Source: Octopus sinensis (taxonomy: Eukaryota). Taken from it: a stretch of DNA of 64,000 nucleotides. Of this stretch, positions 1-11,114 are shown in pieces. Both the position numbers and the translations under genes were made by a program. The DNA is taken from the NCBI RefSeq assembly GCF_006345805.1, contig NC_043010.1:61256001-61320000 (forward strand). Direction: 5' to 3'. Under the pieces are notes generated by a model. It saw only the letters and a program-made list of their open reading frames with translations. It had not been told where the DNA came from and ran no database searches. The stretch's first letter is position 1; each line of letters starts with the position of its first letter.

Positions 1-149
1 AACAGCTGATATTTACAACACGTGTTCCTTTACATTTATAGAAACAGTTATTTTTGCGTGTGTGTATTACTTCCTAAAAAATTAAAATTGTTATCTTTCT
101 GTCCCCTAATCTGTCTGAGCTAGTGTTTTCGATATCCTTCGCTAGTTTC

Positions 150-377
150 ATGGTGAGTAGTTTTAAATGATTTTAATTAGATCCCCCAATGATTTTAATT
201 AGATCTATCAATTATTTCTGAATAGCCATCACAGTGAAATGGTGTGCTCTGACCCTTGCAGGAGTCTTACTTAGTTTTGCTGTCGTAATGTAGAGCTATT
301 TCTCGAGTAATATCGAACGTGGTGTGGTGGTGCTCAACTTTTCTCTCGAATCACAAAATTAAAAACAATTCATAAAG
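150..377 (+). other. Candidate 5' exon(s) of ZNF-1
   Basis: ATG|GTGAGT donor at 150-158; CTCTGAC...TTGCAG acceptor ending at 261; AAG|GTAAGC donor at 378; CpG-retaining neighbourhood. Splicing ATG(150-152) to the acceptor at 5792 is in frame with the ZNF ORF. No transcript evidence. Confidence 0.4.
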
Positions 378-1027
378 GTAAGCGAAGTCGAAATTGGTTG
401 ACCTTTTTGGTGTTATTTGCTCTTATTGCTATGTCTTAATTTATTGTTATGATAATATAGGTGTTTTTTATAGCTGTTTATTTAGTAAATTTGGGGACTG
501 ACTGTATATAATCAACTGTTTTCATTGGGATTGATGGAAATTTATAAAAGGTGTCACCAAAAAACAAAAACGAAATGTATTAGAATTACAGAAGTTACGT
601 TCCGAGTTTTAGAAATTTCGTTCCAACGTTACAAGTAAAATGTTACCGAAACGAAGTCATAATGTTGTCGCTGTGAAACATTTAGATCTTTTATGGGACA
701 GTGGTTCCCATCTGGGACTTGAACTCTGATGGGTGAAGTGTTTGTTTGATTTGAGACCTTGTAAAGTATAATTACACACGAAGATGTGAGCCATTATTCA
801 TTAATCATCTTTAATCTGATTGATACTGGGGTCCAGAAACTGATGATTAAAGGGCGGTGGATGAATGTTAAAGAAGAAAAATTAAGGTGATGACGGTGTG
901 GGGTTTTCTTTGTCGTTGCATCAACTTTTAGGGGAGTAGGCAGAGGTCGGGTGAGAAACACCTGACCCCCGGGAAACACTCGGCCTCCGCTGGGAAGTAA
1001 ATTATCAACCAAGAATTTACTTAGCAC

Positions 1028-1080
1028 GTTTATAAAACAATTGAAGTTCAGTTTAAAGTTTATAAATAAATACATTTCAT
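1028..1080. repeat. Left arm of a perfect 53-bp inverted repeat
   Basis: GTTTATAAAACAATTGAAGTTCAGTTTAAAGTTTATAAATAAATACATTTCAT is the exact reverse complement of 2073-2125. Confidence 0.95.
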
Positions 1081-1085
1081 GTGTA

Positions 1086-1098
1086 ATGTATACACATG

Positions 1099-1138
<40 letters not shown>

Positions 1139-1720
1139 GTATACACATGTATATATTATATATATATGTATACACATGTATAATATATATATATATGTAT
1201 ACACATGTATATTATATATATATATATGTATACACATGTATATATATATATATATGTATACACATGTATATATATATATATATGTATACACATGTATATA
1301 TATATATATATGTATACACATGTATATATATATATATATGTATACACATGTATATATATATATATATGTATACACATGTAATATATATATATATGTATAC
1401 ACATGTATATATAATATATTGTATACACATGTATATATAATATATATATATATGTATACACATGTATATATATATATATGTATACACATGTATATATAAT
1501 ATATATATGTATACACATGTATATATAATATATATGTATACACATGTATAATATATATATATATGTATACACATGTATATATTATATATATATATATGTA
1601 TACACATGTATATATATATATATGTATACACATGTATATATATATATGTATACACATGTATATATATAATATATGTATACACATGTATATATATATAATA
1701 TATATATATATATTATAATA

Positions 1721-1751
<31 letters not shown>

Positions 1752-1782
1752 TATAATATATATATATATATATACATGTATA
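1086..1782. repeat. Compound minisatellite [TGTATACACATG(TA)n], ~21 units of ~26-31 bp, followed by (TA)n
   Basis: The core TGTATACACATG was counted about 21 times between 1086 and 1690, separated by variable (TA)n. Confidence 0.95.
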
Positions 1783-2072
1783 GACACATCTTTAATTAAA
1801 CTATTGACCGCCTTAAAACGGATTTCAACAGACAAATATTACTATAATGGATAATATAAGCATATAACTACTTACACACACATACAATACAGACACACAC
1901 ACATTAGTCAGACATATAGCCACATATACACACACACACACGTGTGTATGATTGGTGTATGTGATCGCGCTGGTGGTGGTCATTTGTGCAGATTTGGTGT
2001 GATTTCTTTTTTAAAAACAATAATGAATAATGCAAGAATATATTTATTTATAAAGTTTAAACAGAACATGGA

Positions 2073-2125
2073 ATGAAATGTATTTATTTATAAACTTTAA
2101 ACTGAACTTCAATTGTTTTATAAAC
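2073..2125. repeat. Right arm of the perfect 53-bp inverted repeat
   Basis: Exact reverse complement of 1028-1080. A partial direct copy with 2 mismatches sits at 2041-2067. Confidence 0.95.
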
Positions 2126-2289
2126 CTAACAGCGTGGTGGTACGTAAATAAACGGCGTAAATTAACGAAGGTATAAACCTGACGGAAATACACGAAGTTG
2201 ACTACTTTCACTTCTGACAACTAAAAGCATGACAGTGCCCTTAGCACACATGTATAAATGAATTCTATATCTTCAGAACAAGATATTCT

Positions 2290-2566
2290 GTGAAGGCGCA
2301 TGGCTCAGTGGTTAGAGCGTCGAGCTCACGATCGTTAGGTTGTGAGTTCGATTCCCGGATCGAGCTGCGTGTTGTGTTCTTGAGCAAGACACTTTATTTC
2401 ACATTGCTCCAGTTCACTCAGCGACATCACTGGTGCCAAGCTGTATCATGGCCTTTGCCTTTCCCTTGGATAACATCGGTGGTGTGGAGAAGCGAGACTT
2501 GTGCCTGGGAGGGTAACTTTCCAGGTGCAATCCCATGGTCATTCATGACCGAAGGGGGTCTCCTCC
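2290..2566 (+). mobile_element. tRNA-derived CORE-type SINE
   Basis: tRNA-like head with box A (TGGCTCAGTGG) and box B (GTTCGATTCC), then GTTCTTGAGCAAGACACTTTATTTCAC resembling the CORE domain. Related copies at ~24000-24238, ~33020-33345 and ~61560-61797. Confidence 0.75.
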
Positions 2567-2808
2567 TCACCTTCATTGATATTAAACCAAATGAACACCT
2601 TAGAATCTATACTTATTATCATATTGTTGTAGTAGCGAATATACACAAACTTAAATTTGTGTTTCTGTATCAGTTTTTAAAATTTGTTTTCATAATTTAC
2701 TTCAAAGTAAATAGCGTCAAAGAACGTAACTTCTGTCATTCTAATACATTTCGTTTTTGGTGAAACGTTTTATAAATTTCCCTCAATGAAAACAGTTGAT
2801 TATACAGT

Positions 2809-3200
2809 CAGGAGTGGCTGTGTGGTAAGTAGCTTGCTAACCAACCACATGGTTCCGGGTTCAGTCCCACTGCGTGGCATCTTGGCAAGTGTCTTCTGTT
2901 ATAGCCCCGGGCCGACCAATGCCTTGTGAGGGGATTTGGTAGACGGAAACTGAAAGAAGCCTGTCGTATATATTTATGTATATATATATGTGTGTGTGTC
3001 TGTGTTTGTCCGCCTAGCATTGCTTGACAACCGATGCTAGTGTGTTTACATCCCCGTCACCTACCAGTTCGGCAAAAGAGGCCGATAGAATAAGTACTGG
3101 GCTTACAAAGAATAAGTCCCGGGGTCGATTTGCTCGACTAAAGGCGGTGCTCCAGCTTGGCCGCAGTCAAATGACTGAAGCAAGTAAAAGAGTAAAAGAG
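2809..3200 (+). mobile_element. SINE family A (tRNA-like head, internal (TA/TG)n, (GAGTAAAA)n tail)
   Basis: Near-identical copies at 5041-5465, 25379-25782 and 59711-60102; Pol III-like head GGAGTGGCTGTGTGGTAAG...GGTTCAGTCCC; repetitive tail. Confidence 0.85.
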
Positions 3201-3270
3201 TCAGTCCTCAAATTTACTAAATAAATTTTAGTGAATTTTGATTTGGAAAGTCTACTGCTTCCAGTAAGTT

Positions 3271-3537
3271 CATCATCATTTAGCGTCCGTTTTCCATGCT
3301 AGCATGGGTTGGACGGTTTAACTGGGGTCTGTGAAGCCGGAAGGCTTCATCAGGCCCAGTCAGATTTGGTAGTGTTTCTACGGCTGGATGCCCTTCCTAA
3401 CGCCAACCACTCCGTGAGTGTAGTGGGTGCTTTTTACGTGCCACCTGCACAGGTGCCAGACAGAGCTGGCAAACGGCCACGAACGGATGGTGCTTTTACG
3501 TGCTACTGGCACGGGGGCCAGGCGAGGCTGGGTGGCG
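3271..3537 (-). mobile_element. RTE-LINE 3'-end fragment with (TGA)n tail
   Basis: Same terminal block (CCAACCCATGCTAGCATGGAAAACGGACG-(TGA)n on the minus strand) as the copy joined to an RTE ORF at 15052-16230. Confidence 0.75.
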
Positions 3538-3882
3538 ATGAATGCTCCTGATAGTAGAGTGTATTTGTATGTATATCTTCGTTGAGTCTCTATTGTCTTA
3601 GTAAAGAAGGCTCGTGGATTATGTTGATTAAGCAGACAGGATAGCCATGGTTGGCCTGTTAAATCAAGTGTCACATTTGACGAAACAACAACCAGCGTTG
3701 ATTTATGTTCCTGGTTCCAGGATTTGTTTACATCTTGAAAAACTCTTGGAATTGGTTTGGATCTTGATAGAATTCCAGTAATTTGGAAGACAAGGGTTAG
3801 TCGAGTTGTTGTCAACCTTTATTTACCAATGGACTCTTTTGGTTCCTATTTGACCCCTACTCACCCTCAATGCTAGCCAAAG

Positions 3883-4885
3883 TCATCATCATCATCATAA
3901 TTTAATGCCCTCCTTCCATGCTGGCATGGGTTGGATGCTTTGACAGGAGCCAACTAAGCAGAAGGCTACCTCAGACTTTTGTGTCTGTTTTGGCACTGTT
4001 TTTACGACTGGGTGCCCTTCCAGATGCCAACCACTCCATAGAGTGGACTGAGTGCTCTTTATGCAGCACCAGCACAGGTGAGGTCCAGTTTTGGCATGGT
4101 TCTTACAGCTGGCTGCCCTTCCAGATGCCAACCACTTCACAGTGTGGACTGGGTGCGTTTCATAGTGGCATCAGCACTGGTCAGGGTCACCAAGTAACTT
4201 TGCAAGACAAGGATTTTTTGAGAGGGGAGGGGGCATTGGAGGAGGTGATCTTGTGTCAGATGTTGAAAGGTTAGAGTGTGGCAGGGAAACAGGAACAGGT
4301 GACTTGCTGTAGGGGAAGTACAGGGTTACCCGGCCAGAGAGAGAGGGGGAGGGCAGAAACAGGTATGCTGCTGTAAAGGAGATACATGGCTACCCAGCCA
4401 GAGGGAAGTGCAAGGGAGAGTAAGAGAGAGAGCAGGGGAGAGATGGCTGCAAAGTGCCTGGGTATAGCTGCAAGGTATGTGGCAGGGTATTGCCGAGAAA
4501 GTGCAAGTAGGGGGTGGAGAATGCTGTGACTGGTGAGAATCTGGGTATATAGACAGGGTGGGGAAAGCAATGATACAATGAACAGGGTAGTGAGGAAGAT
4601 GATCATAATGTATGAAGTGGAAATGTGAGTAAGAGGGGCAGTTTGTTGGGGGAGGGTGGGTGGAACACACAACACTTCTAGCACTCAGTTTCACTGATGT
4701 GGGTGGGTCTTCTCTAGAACCTCATATCAGCAGACATCATGGTCCATTGTCATTTCCTCTGTGAACCCCAACATCCTGAGATTGGTTCTCATCACTTCAT
4801 CCTATATCTTCCTGGGTCTCCCTCTTCCACAGGAACCATCTACTCTCAGTGACTGGCACTTCTTTATTCAGCTGTCTGCATTCGC
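3883..4885 (-). mobile_element. 5'-truncated RTE LINE, subfamily 2 (pyrimidine-rich 3' UTR)
   Basis: The minus strand at 4730-4885 encodes a decayed RTE ORF C-terminus (KKCQSLRVDGSCGRGRPRK-like), followed by a long pyrimidine-rich UTR and the shared (TGA)n tail block. Confidence 0.7.
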
Positions 4886-5040
4886 ATCACGAAAATAATT
4901 TGAAGCCATATTCTTGTGTGTGTGTGTGTGTGTGTGTAACCATATATACGTTTATTTTCACTTCATCGTCACTGATTCTGGTTGTTGTTGTTGTTTTTGA
5001 TTTCTCATAATTCATGGAAGAATTTTTGAAGCTGCTTTTG

Positions 5041-5465
5041 TTGACTCTTTACTCTTGTTAATCTTTTACTTGTTTCAGTCATTTGACTGCGGCCATGCTG
5101 GAGCACCGCCTTTAGTCGATCAAATCGACAGCAGGACTTATCCTTTGTAAGCCTAGTACTTATTCTATCGGTCTCTTTTGCCGAACCGCTAAGTTACGGG
5201 GACGTAGACATACCAGCATCAGTTGTCAAGCGATGTTGGAGGGCAAACACAGACACACAAGCATATACACACACGTGCATATATATATATATATATATAC
5301 ATATACACGACGGGCTTCTTTCAGTTTCCGTCTACCAAATCCACCCACAAGGCTTTGGTCAGCCCGAGGCTATAGTAGAAGACACTTGCCCAAGATGCCA
5401 TGCAGTGGGACTGAACCTGGAACCATGTGGTTGGTAAGCAAGCTACTTACCACACAGCCGCTCCT
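5041..5465 (-). mobile_element. SINE family A
   Basis: Reverse complement of the 2809-3200 element. Confidence 0.85.
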
Positions 5466-5791
5466 ATGTCTGTTTTATTTGTACTTTGAAAATTTATTTT
5501 CTTTCTCTGAGAACTTAGGATATTTTCTATGAAAGCAAACTTTTTTTTCATCAGCTCTTAAAATATTACAGTGGGACCCCAATTTACTATTTTTTGAGGG
5601 TTAACCCACCAGATTTTTATATGGACCCCAGTTGACCCTCAAACGATGAAAGTGAAGTTGATGTTAGTGGGGTTTGAACTCAGAACATAAAATAAAGACC
5701 ACAAAGCATTTTGTTTGACATTCTCTAATTTCTGCCGGTTGACCACCATTGCTGTTCTCTTGTTTAATGAAATATTTCCGTTGGCTTTCAG

Positions 5792-6430
5792 CTGCAGCAG
5801 AAGAGAAATTTTCAAATAGGGATGCAGGCCTCCACAGCAACTGGAAATGAGGAACCAGTAACAGTTAAGAAGAAAATAATCGAAAATGGTTTTTATTGTG
5901 ATGTGTGTGAGAAGGTGTTTTCATCTAGGGCCCATGCGAGGACCCATAAACCGGCGCACTTGTTCCTTCGAAAGTTGAAGTGTAGTCATTGTGCAAAACG
6001 TTTCTATCAAACGCATCACCTGAAAAAGCACGAAGCGACCCATTCGTCTGCCCGTCCATATGCTTGTGAGATTTGTAAGAGAGCCTTCAAGGTGGAGTCG
6101 AATATGAAGCTTCATATGGCTGTACATACGAGGGAGGCCAGCCACGAGTGCCCTGACTGTGGTTTTAAGTTCCATCAAGCTGGAGCTTTGACGCGTCATT
6201 ATAGGAGCATTCACCTACGTCAACAGTTTTACGAATGTAATGTCTGTAAAACGAAGTTCAATCGGAAAGAAACACTTCGTTCCCATTTGGATTCTCATAG
6301 GATAGATAATCCATTTAGCTGCAAGCCGTGTGGCATGTTGTTCCCCGATAACAGTCAGTTGGTGAAACACACGAAAGCCCATCACCTCGTCATCAAAGTT
6401 CCGAAATCATCTCAGTCACAACAAAGCTAG
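5792..6430 (+). CDS. C2H2 zinc-finger protein ZNF-1 (6 fingers), terminal coding exon
   Basis: The ORF 5822-6430 encodes six C-x2-C-x12-H-x3/4-H motifs (FYCDVC, LKCSHC, YACEIC, HECPDC, YECNVC, FSCKPC). A TTGGCTTTCAG acceptor ends at 5791 with the frame open from 5792. AATAAA at 6480-6485. Confidence 0.9.
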   Translation: MQQKRNFQIGMQASTATGNEEPVTVKKKIIENGFYCDVCEKVFSSRAHARTHKPAHLFLRKLKCSHCAKRFYQTHHLKKHEATHSSARPYACEICKRAFKVESNMKLHMAVHTREASHECPDCGFKFHQAGALTRHYRSIHLRQQFYECNVCKTKFNRKETLRSHLDSHRIDNPFSCKPCGMLFPDNSQLVKHTKAHHLVIKVPKSSQSQQS

Positions 6431-6914
6431 TCAGTTGCCAGTTTTGGCATTTAGAAAACCCAAAACGTTTATAAAGTGGAATAAATTGGTGTATTTTACA
6501 GAAATTTGTGATCTTAGAGTATCTTGTTCATTTTTATAAAGATTTGAAATCATAACGACATTCTTTAGGCCCAACTCTGGACTAAAACCACATTCTGGTT
6601 GCCTTTCGCAACAACATCCTGTTCTGAAATCAAGTTTACATGGAACAATTTCTGTGATATAGTTTTTATTTTTTAAGATTACAACAAAATCTGTGTAAGG
6701 CTGGAATAATGTGAGGTGGTATATTAACCGTAAAGGATTACAGGCTCCCACTTCCTGATGGATATAACAAAACCAACACAAACCATCATAATACTAAAGA
6801 CTACGTTCATTCTGTTTTTAATCTAAACTTTATTAATTTAGATTCCCCGGTTGTCTCCCTTGCCTTTGTTCATCAGAATTGATTTATTTCTCTTCACTGC
6901 AAAATGTTCATCCT

Positions 6915-8420
6915 CTCCACTTAACATGTTTTCCATGGGTTGAATGATTCGACAGGAGCTGGCAAGCCAGAGGACTGCACCAGGTTCCGATGTCTTCTTT
7001 GGCATGGTTCCCATGCTTGAATATGCTTTTTAATGCTGGTCAATTTAGAGAGTGTGGACTGGGTGCTTTTTTATGTAGCACCAGCACCAACAGGGTGACC
7101 AAGTGACTTGCAAGACAAAGATCTCTTGATTAGGAGAGGGGCTGGTCTTGAGGCAACTTTGTGCTGGTTGAAAGATTAAAGTATAAAAGAGGTGTCTTAC
7201 TCTAGGGGTGATACTTGGTTACCCTTGTAGGAAAGAGAGAGAGAAATATGTGGTGGAAGAAATGTCTTGGGACATACCTACGAGGTAGAGTGGGGGTGAG
7301 TGTATGTGGCAGAGAAGGAACACAGGAGTATGTTCCATAAGAGTGTGAAGGGAGATAGGGAAGAGGTGACCAGGATGTGTTGGTGGGAGAAATTGTAGTG
7401 GTGGGTGGTGTCTATAGTAGATATGTGAGGGCATGGAGGGTGTGTGCAAATAGGCACATGAGGGAGAGTTGAGGGACACGCAGCAGGTGGAAGAAGATGG
7501 GTTGTAGGGGATTTTTGATAGGGGACATTGTGTGCGTGTGTCTGAAGGCTGGGGTGGAGAGTGTAGCCTGTATGGCCTCGATGTTCCTTATTTTGACGTG
7601 TCTTTACAAGCACATCAAATTATCAGTTGTCTTGGTTACTCGTCTCCTTTCTGAAGTTCAACATCTGAAGATCATTTCTCACCACTTCATCTATCTTCCT
7701 GGGGCCACCTCTTCCACATGTAGTGATTGGCTCTTCTTTTGCAGCTCTCTTCATCCATCTGCATCACATGATCATAGCAGCATAGTCTTCCCTCTTGCAC
7801 ACCACATCTGATGCCTCTGCTTTTTTCTATTTTTCTCTCAACACATTTTGGTGCCATTCTTTCAAGTCTTCACACGCCCTCTGCAGTCACAGCCCAAGTT
7901 TCACTACCATGTGGTATAGCTGTTCACACGCAGGCATCATACAATCTGCCTTTGAATCTGAGGGAGAGAGGCCCTCTCTTACCATCAAAGGTAATAGCTT
8001 CCTAAACTTTGCCCAGCCTAGCAGCTACGCTTTCAGATCAACATCCTCCATTGCTAGTGGAGTTACATGGCCTAGTGGTTAGAGCAGCGGACTCGCAGTC
8101 GAGGGATCGTGGGTTTGAATCTCAGACCAGGCAATGTGTGTGTTTATGAGAGAAACACCTAAGCTCCACGTGACTCCGGCAGAAGGTAATGGCGAAACTT
8201 CTGCTGACTCTTTCGCCACAACTTTCTCTCACTCTTTCCTTCTGCATCTTGCAGCTCACCTGCGACGGACCAGCGTTCCGTCCAGGTGGGGAACCTATAC
8301 ACCAAGGAAACCCTTATGAGCCAGGCATGGCTTGAGAAGGAACAAAATCCTCCATTGCTAATTTGGTTGCCTAGATAACAGAAGCTATCTATTCTAAGGA
8401 TCCCCTTGGACATTTGAGGA
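6915..8420 (-). mobile_element. 5'-truncated RTE LINE, subfamily 2, interrupted by a SINE
   Basis: Decayed RTE ORF at ~7640-8056 and 8347-8420, matching 15640-16230; same purine/pyrimidine-biased UTR as 3883-4885. Confidence 0.7.
8057..8346 (+). mobile_element. tRNA-derived SINE family C with 14-bp target-site duplication
   Basis: ATCCTCCATTGCTA at both 8043-8056 and 8347-8360; tRNA-like head TGGCCTAGTGGTTAGAGCAGCGG; sister copy at 14766-15040. Confidence 0.9.
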
Positions 8421-8846
8421 AGATTCCTTGCTCTGTTAATCTTCCTGTGGTTTCTATTGCACCTTATATGTGTCCATAGCTTGCATCAGTGCTGGGTTGA
8501 CCATTAAGCAATATAAGCATGTGCTTAGGACATCATGGAAATGGTAAATAGTTTATGGCACAAAAGAAATCATTTTAACCTCATTAAAATAAACCTTATT
8601 AAGTGTGTCTTCCCAAATGTGGACATTGCTTTTCATATATTTTGAACATTGGTGGTCACAAATTGCTCAGTTGAAGTTTATTAAAAATCCCATCAGATCA
8701 ACTCCTCAACAAGGCAAGCTGAATGCCTTAGTAGAGATGTGAGACACAAAATTAATTTTGAGGATCTGATCAGATAAATAAAGTTAAAGTTTACAAAAAT
8801 GAACACTGTTTTATGGTTTATTGCAGTTGATATTTTGAATTACATA

Positions 8847-10070
8847 CAGGGTGCGTAAGGTATTTGAGGACAGCTTTTTTGGGGTCATTGATGCATTTTT
8901 TGCTAACTCTGTAGAATCTTTATTTCAGAAAATAATAATGGCAGACACTCAGCTTTCTCAAGAAATGAAGAGGCATACGGTTATTGTGGTTATAAAGGCT
9001 GAGCATAGCAATTTAGAAATATCTCGATTTTTAAAAGTTGCCTGATCTTTCCTCTACAAAGTTTGTAAGGAGCTAGAGACTGAAGATGGAAACGTATCAC
9101 CAGTATCAAAGCATAAAAGACATTCTAAACACTTTGAAATCATCAGAACACCTGAATTTATCCAGTAAGCTCAACAGACCATTGATGACAATCCCAGAAA
9201 GTCTATGAGGTCAATTGCAAAAGATCTCCATGGGTCAGAAGGAACAGTCAGAAATGTTGTCCACAAAGACATCAGGTATAAGTCTTATATGATGAGGAAA
9301 GGTCAATTGGTCAGAAAAAGCAAAAGAAAATCACTACATCAGATCTAAAAGGCTCTTAAATAAACTGAAAAATTTAGCAGAAGATTTAATTTGGTTTTTC
9401 TCAAACAAGAAAAACTTTGACAAAGATCAAAATGAAATGACAGATGCTTATGTGCAGATCCTTCTGAAGTCCCAAGTGTTATGCATACAGAATTTCCTGC
9501 AACTGTCATGGTTTTAGGGGTTGTCAGCAATGAAGGACATGTGATGCCTCCTTACTTTATCCCACAAGGCCTTAGAGTTAACTCTGCCCCCTACATTGAG
9601 GTCTTGGAAATAATTGTTAAACCCTGGATAGACAGTGTATACAATGGAAAGCCACATGTGTTTCAGTAAGACTCTGCACTATCACACATGGCTCCAGTAA
9701 CAGAATGGATGGCTGAAAATGTTCATGATTACGTAACCCCTAACATTTGGCCTCTTAATTCCCCAGATCTCAGTCCATTGGACTATTACATGTGGAGTGT
9801 TGTTGAGAGAGAGAGGTCAATGAATACACCCATAACACCAAAGATTCTATGAAAGCTGCCATAGTCAGAGTAATGTCCAAAAGGAACCAGGACCACTTGA
9901 ATCGAATATGTAGGTGATTTAGAAGCAGTTGTTGAAGCTGAAGGTGGCTTTATTGAATAACATAGAAAAGAAGGTTTATTTTTACCCTCATAGAATTTTT
10001 TGATAAATATTCTTTATTATACAGTTTTCTTATAAACATAAATCTGTCCTCAAATATCTTACCCATCCTG
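8847..10070 (+). mobile_element. Full-length non-functional Tc1/mariner DNA transposon (maT/DD37D-like)
   Basis: 27-bp TIRs with 3 mismatches (CAGGGTGCGTAAGGTATTTGAGGACAG / CTGTCCTCAAATATCTTACCCATCCTG), flanked by TA on both sides. Transposase remnants WFFSNKKNF, FQ*DSALSH and WPLNSPDLSPLDYYMW (36 residues between the last two Asp), with stops and frameshifts. Confidence 0.9.
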
Positions 10071-10261
10071 TATATATGGGCCCACCAGAATCTTTTAAGC
10101 ACCCAGGATCTTTATGGGTCTTAATCTGGCCCTTGTTTGTACTGAGTACACTGTACAGAATTTCTAGATGTCAAAGCTGACGGGAGAGTTTAGTATCTCC
10201 CGTCAAACCATCCAACCCAGAGGAGAAATGTTGCTGCTGCTGATGACAATATATATATCAA

Positions 10262-10548
10262 TCATGTGACCGACCAGGCTATCAGATGTTGCTACACATC
10301 GCTGGTCACAATGCACTTTGCATTGTTTTAGCCTTCAAATGACGCCACTCCATTGGCTAAGCGAGCAGGCCAATAGAAGAAAGAGTGAGAAAAAATTGTG
10401 GCGAAAGAGAACAGCAGGGATCGCCACCATCCCCTGCCGGAGCCGCGTCAAGATTTAGGTGTTTTTGCTCAATAAACACTCACAATGCCTGGTCTGGGAA
10501 TTGAAACCGCGAGTCCGCTGCCCTAACCACTGGGCCATTGCGCCTCGA
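10262..10548 (-). mobile_element. tRNA-derived SINE sharing the family-C head but with a different 3' half
   Basis: The minus-strand head GAGGCGCAATGGCCCAGTGGTTAGGGCAGCGGACTCGCG and the following body match 8057-8230; the 3' part differs. Confidence 0.7.
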
Positions 10549-11114
10549 CACACACACATTATATATATATATGTGTGTGTGTGTATATGTATGAGTGGAG
10601 AGACAAAATTATTCTGGCTGTGGTCATGACTTTTAGGTACAGGGAAAGGGACCCAAGTTTTACTTCACAGCTGTATTCGATTAGACATTTTATAGTCTAC
10701 CACAACATCACAGTTATATCAGCAGTGTGTAATTTGTCATAGCAGTGAGAAAACCATTGATAATCAGATCTACTTTATCCAGGGCAGCTCTGGACCTAAA
10801 CAATATGGCTGTGATCACGTGATTTTAGCCCATGTTAAAACCTCGAAGGGAAGCAACTCCTACTCAAAGTAGCTTTCTTTTCCCAGTTACGGTGTGTGAT
10901 TACCTTTTCCTTCTGGTTGAATGTGCAGCGATGTACAGCTACCTTGCATTTTGTAACATACAGGTGTATTTTTCATCAAAATATTGGTCGCAGAGGCTGT
11001 GGAAATGGAGGGCTGAAACACTTTGTAGGCTAATTTTACCTGACTTTGGTGACTAATCAAAAGTGCAACAAAAGATTGGATGATCACGACTGGAATGGAA
11101 TAGATTTACTAGTC

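Noticed and set aside
794-1741. Long Y/I/C/H-rich ORFs on both strands
   Set aside because: They are translations of the TA-rich minisatellite, which lacks stops in several frames, and have no protein-like complexity.
2290-2365. tRNA-like sequence (also at 8057, 14766 and other SINE heads)
   Set aside because: A/B boxes are present, but there is no complete cloverleaf with a paired acceptor stem, and the sequence runs straight into SINE bodies. These are SINE heads, not tRNA genes.
3309-3551. Recurrent ORFs with QLDALPNANHS-like peptides (also 15093, 32649, 39930, 53253)
   Set aside because: These are chance frames in the multi-copy RTE 3'-UTR/tail sequence; frames and strands are inconsistent between copies.
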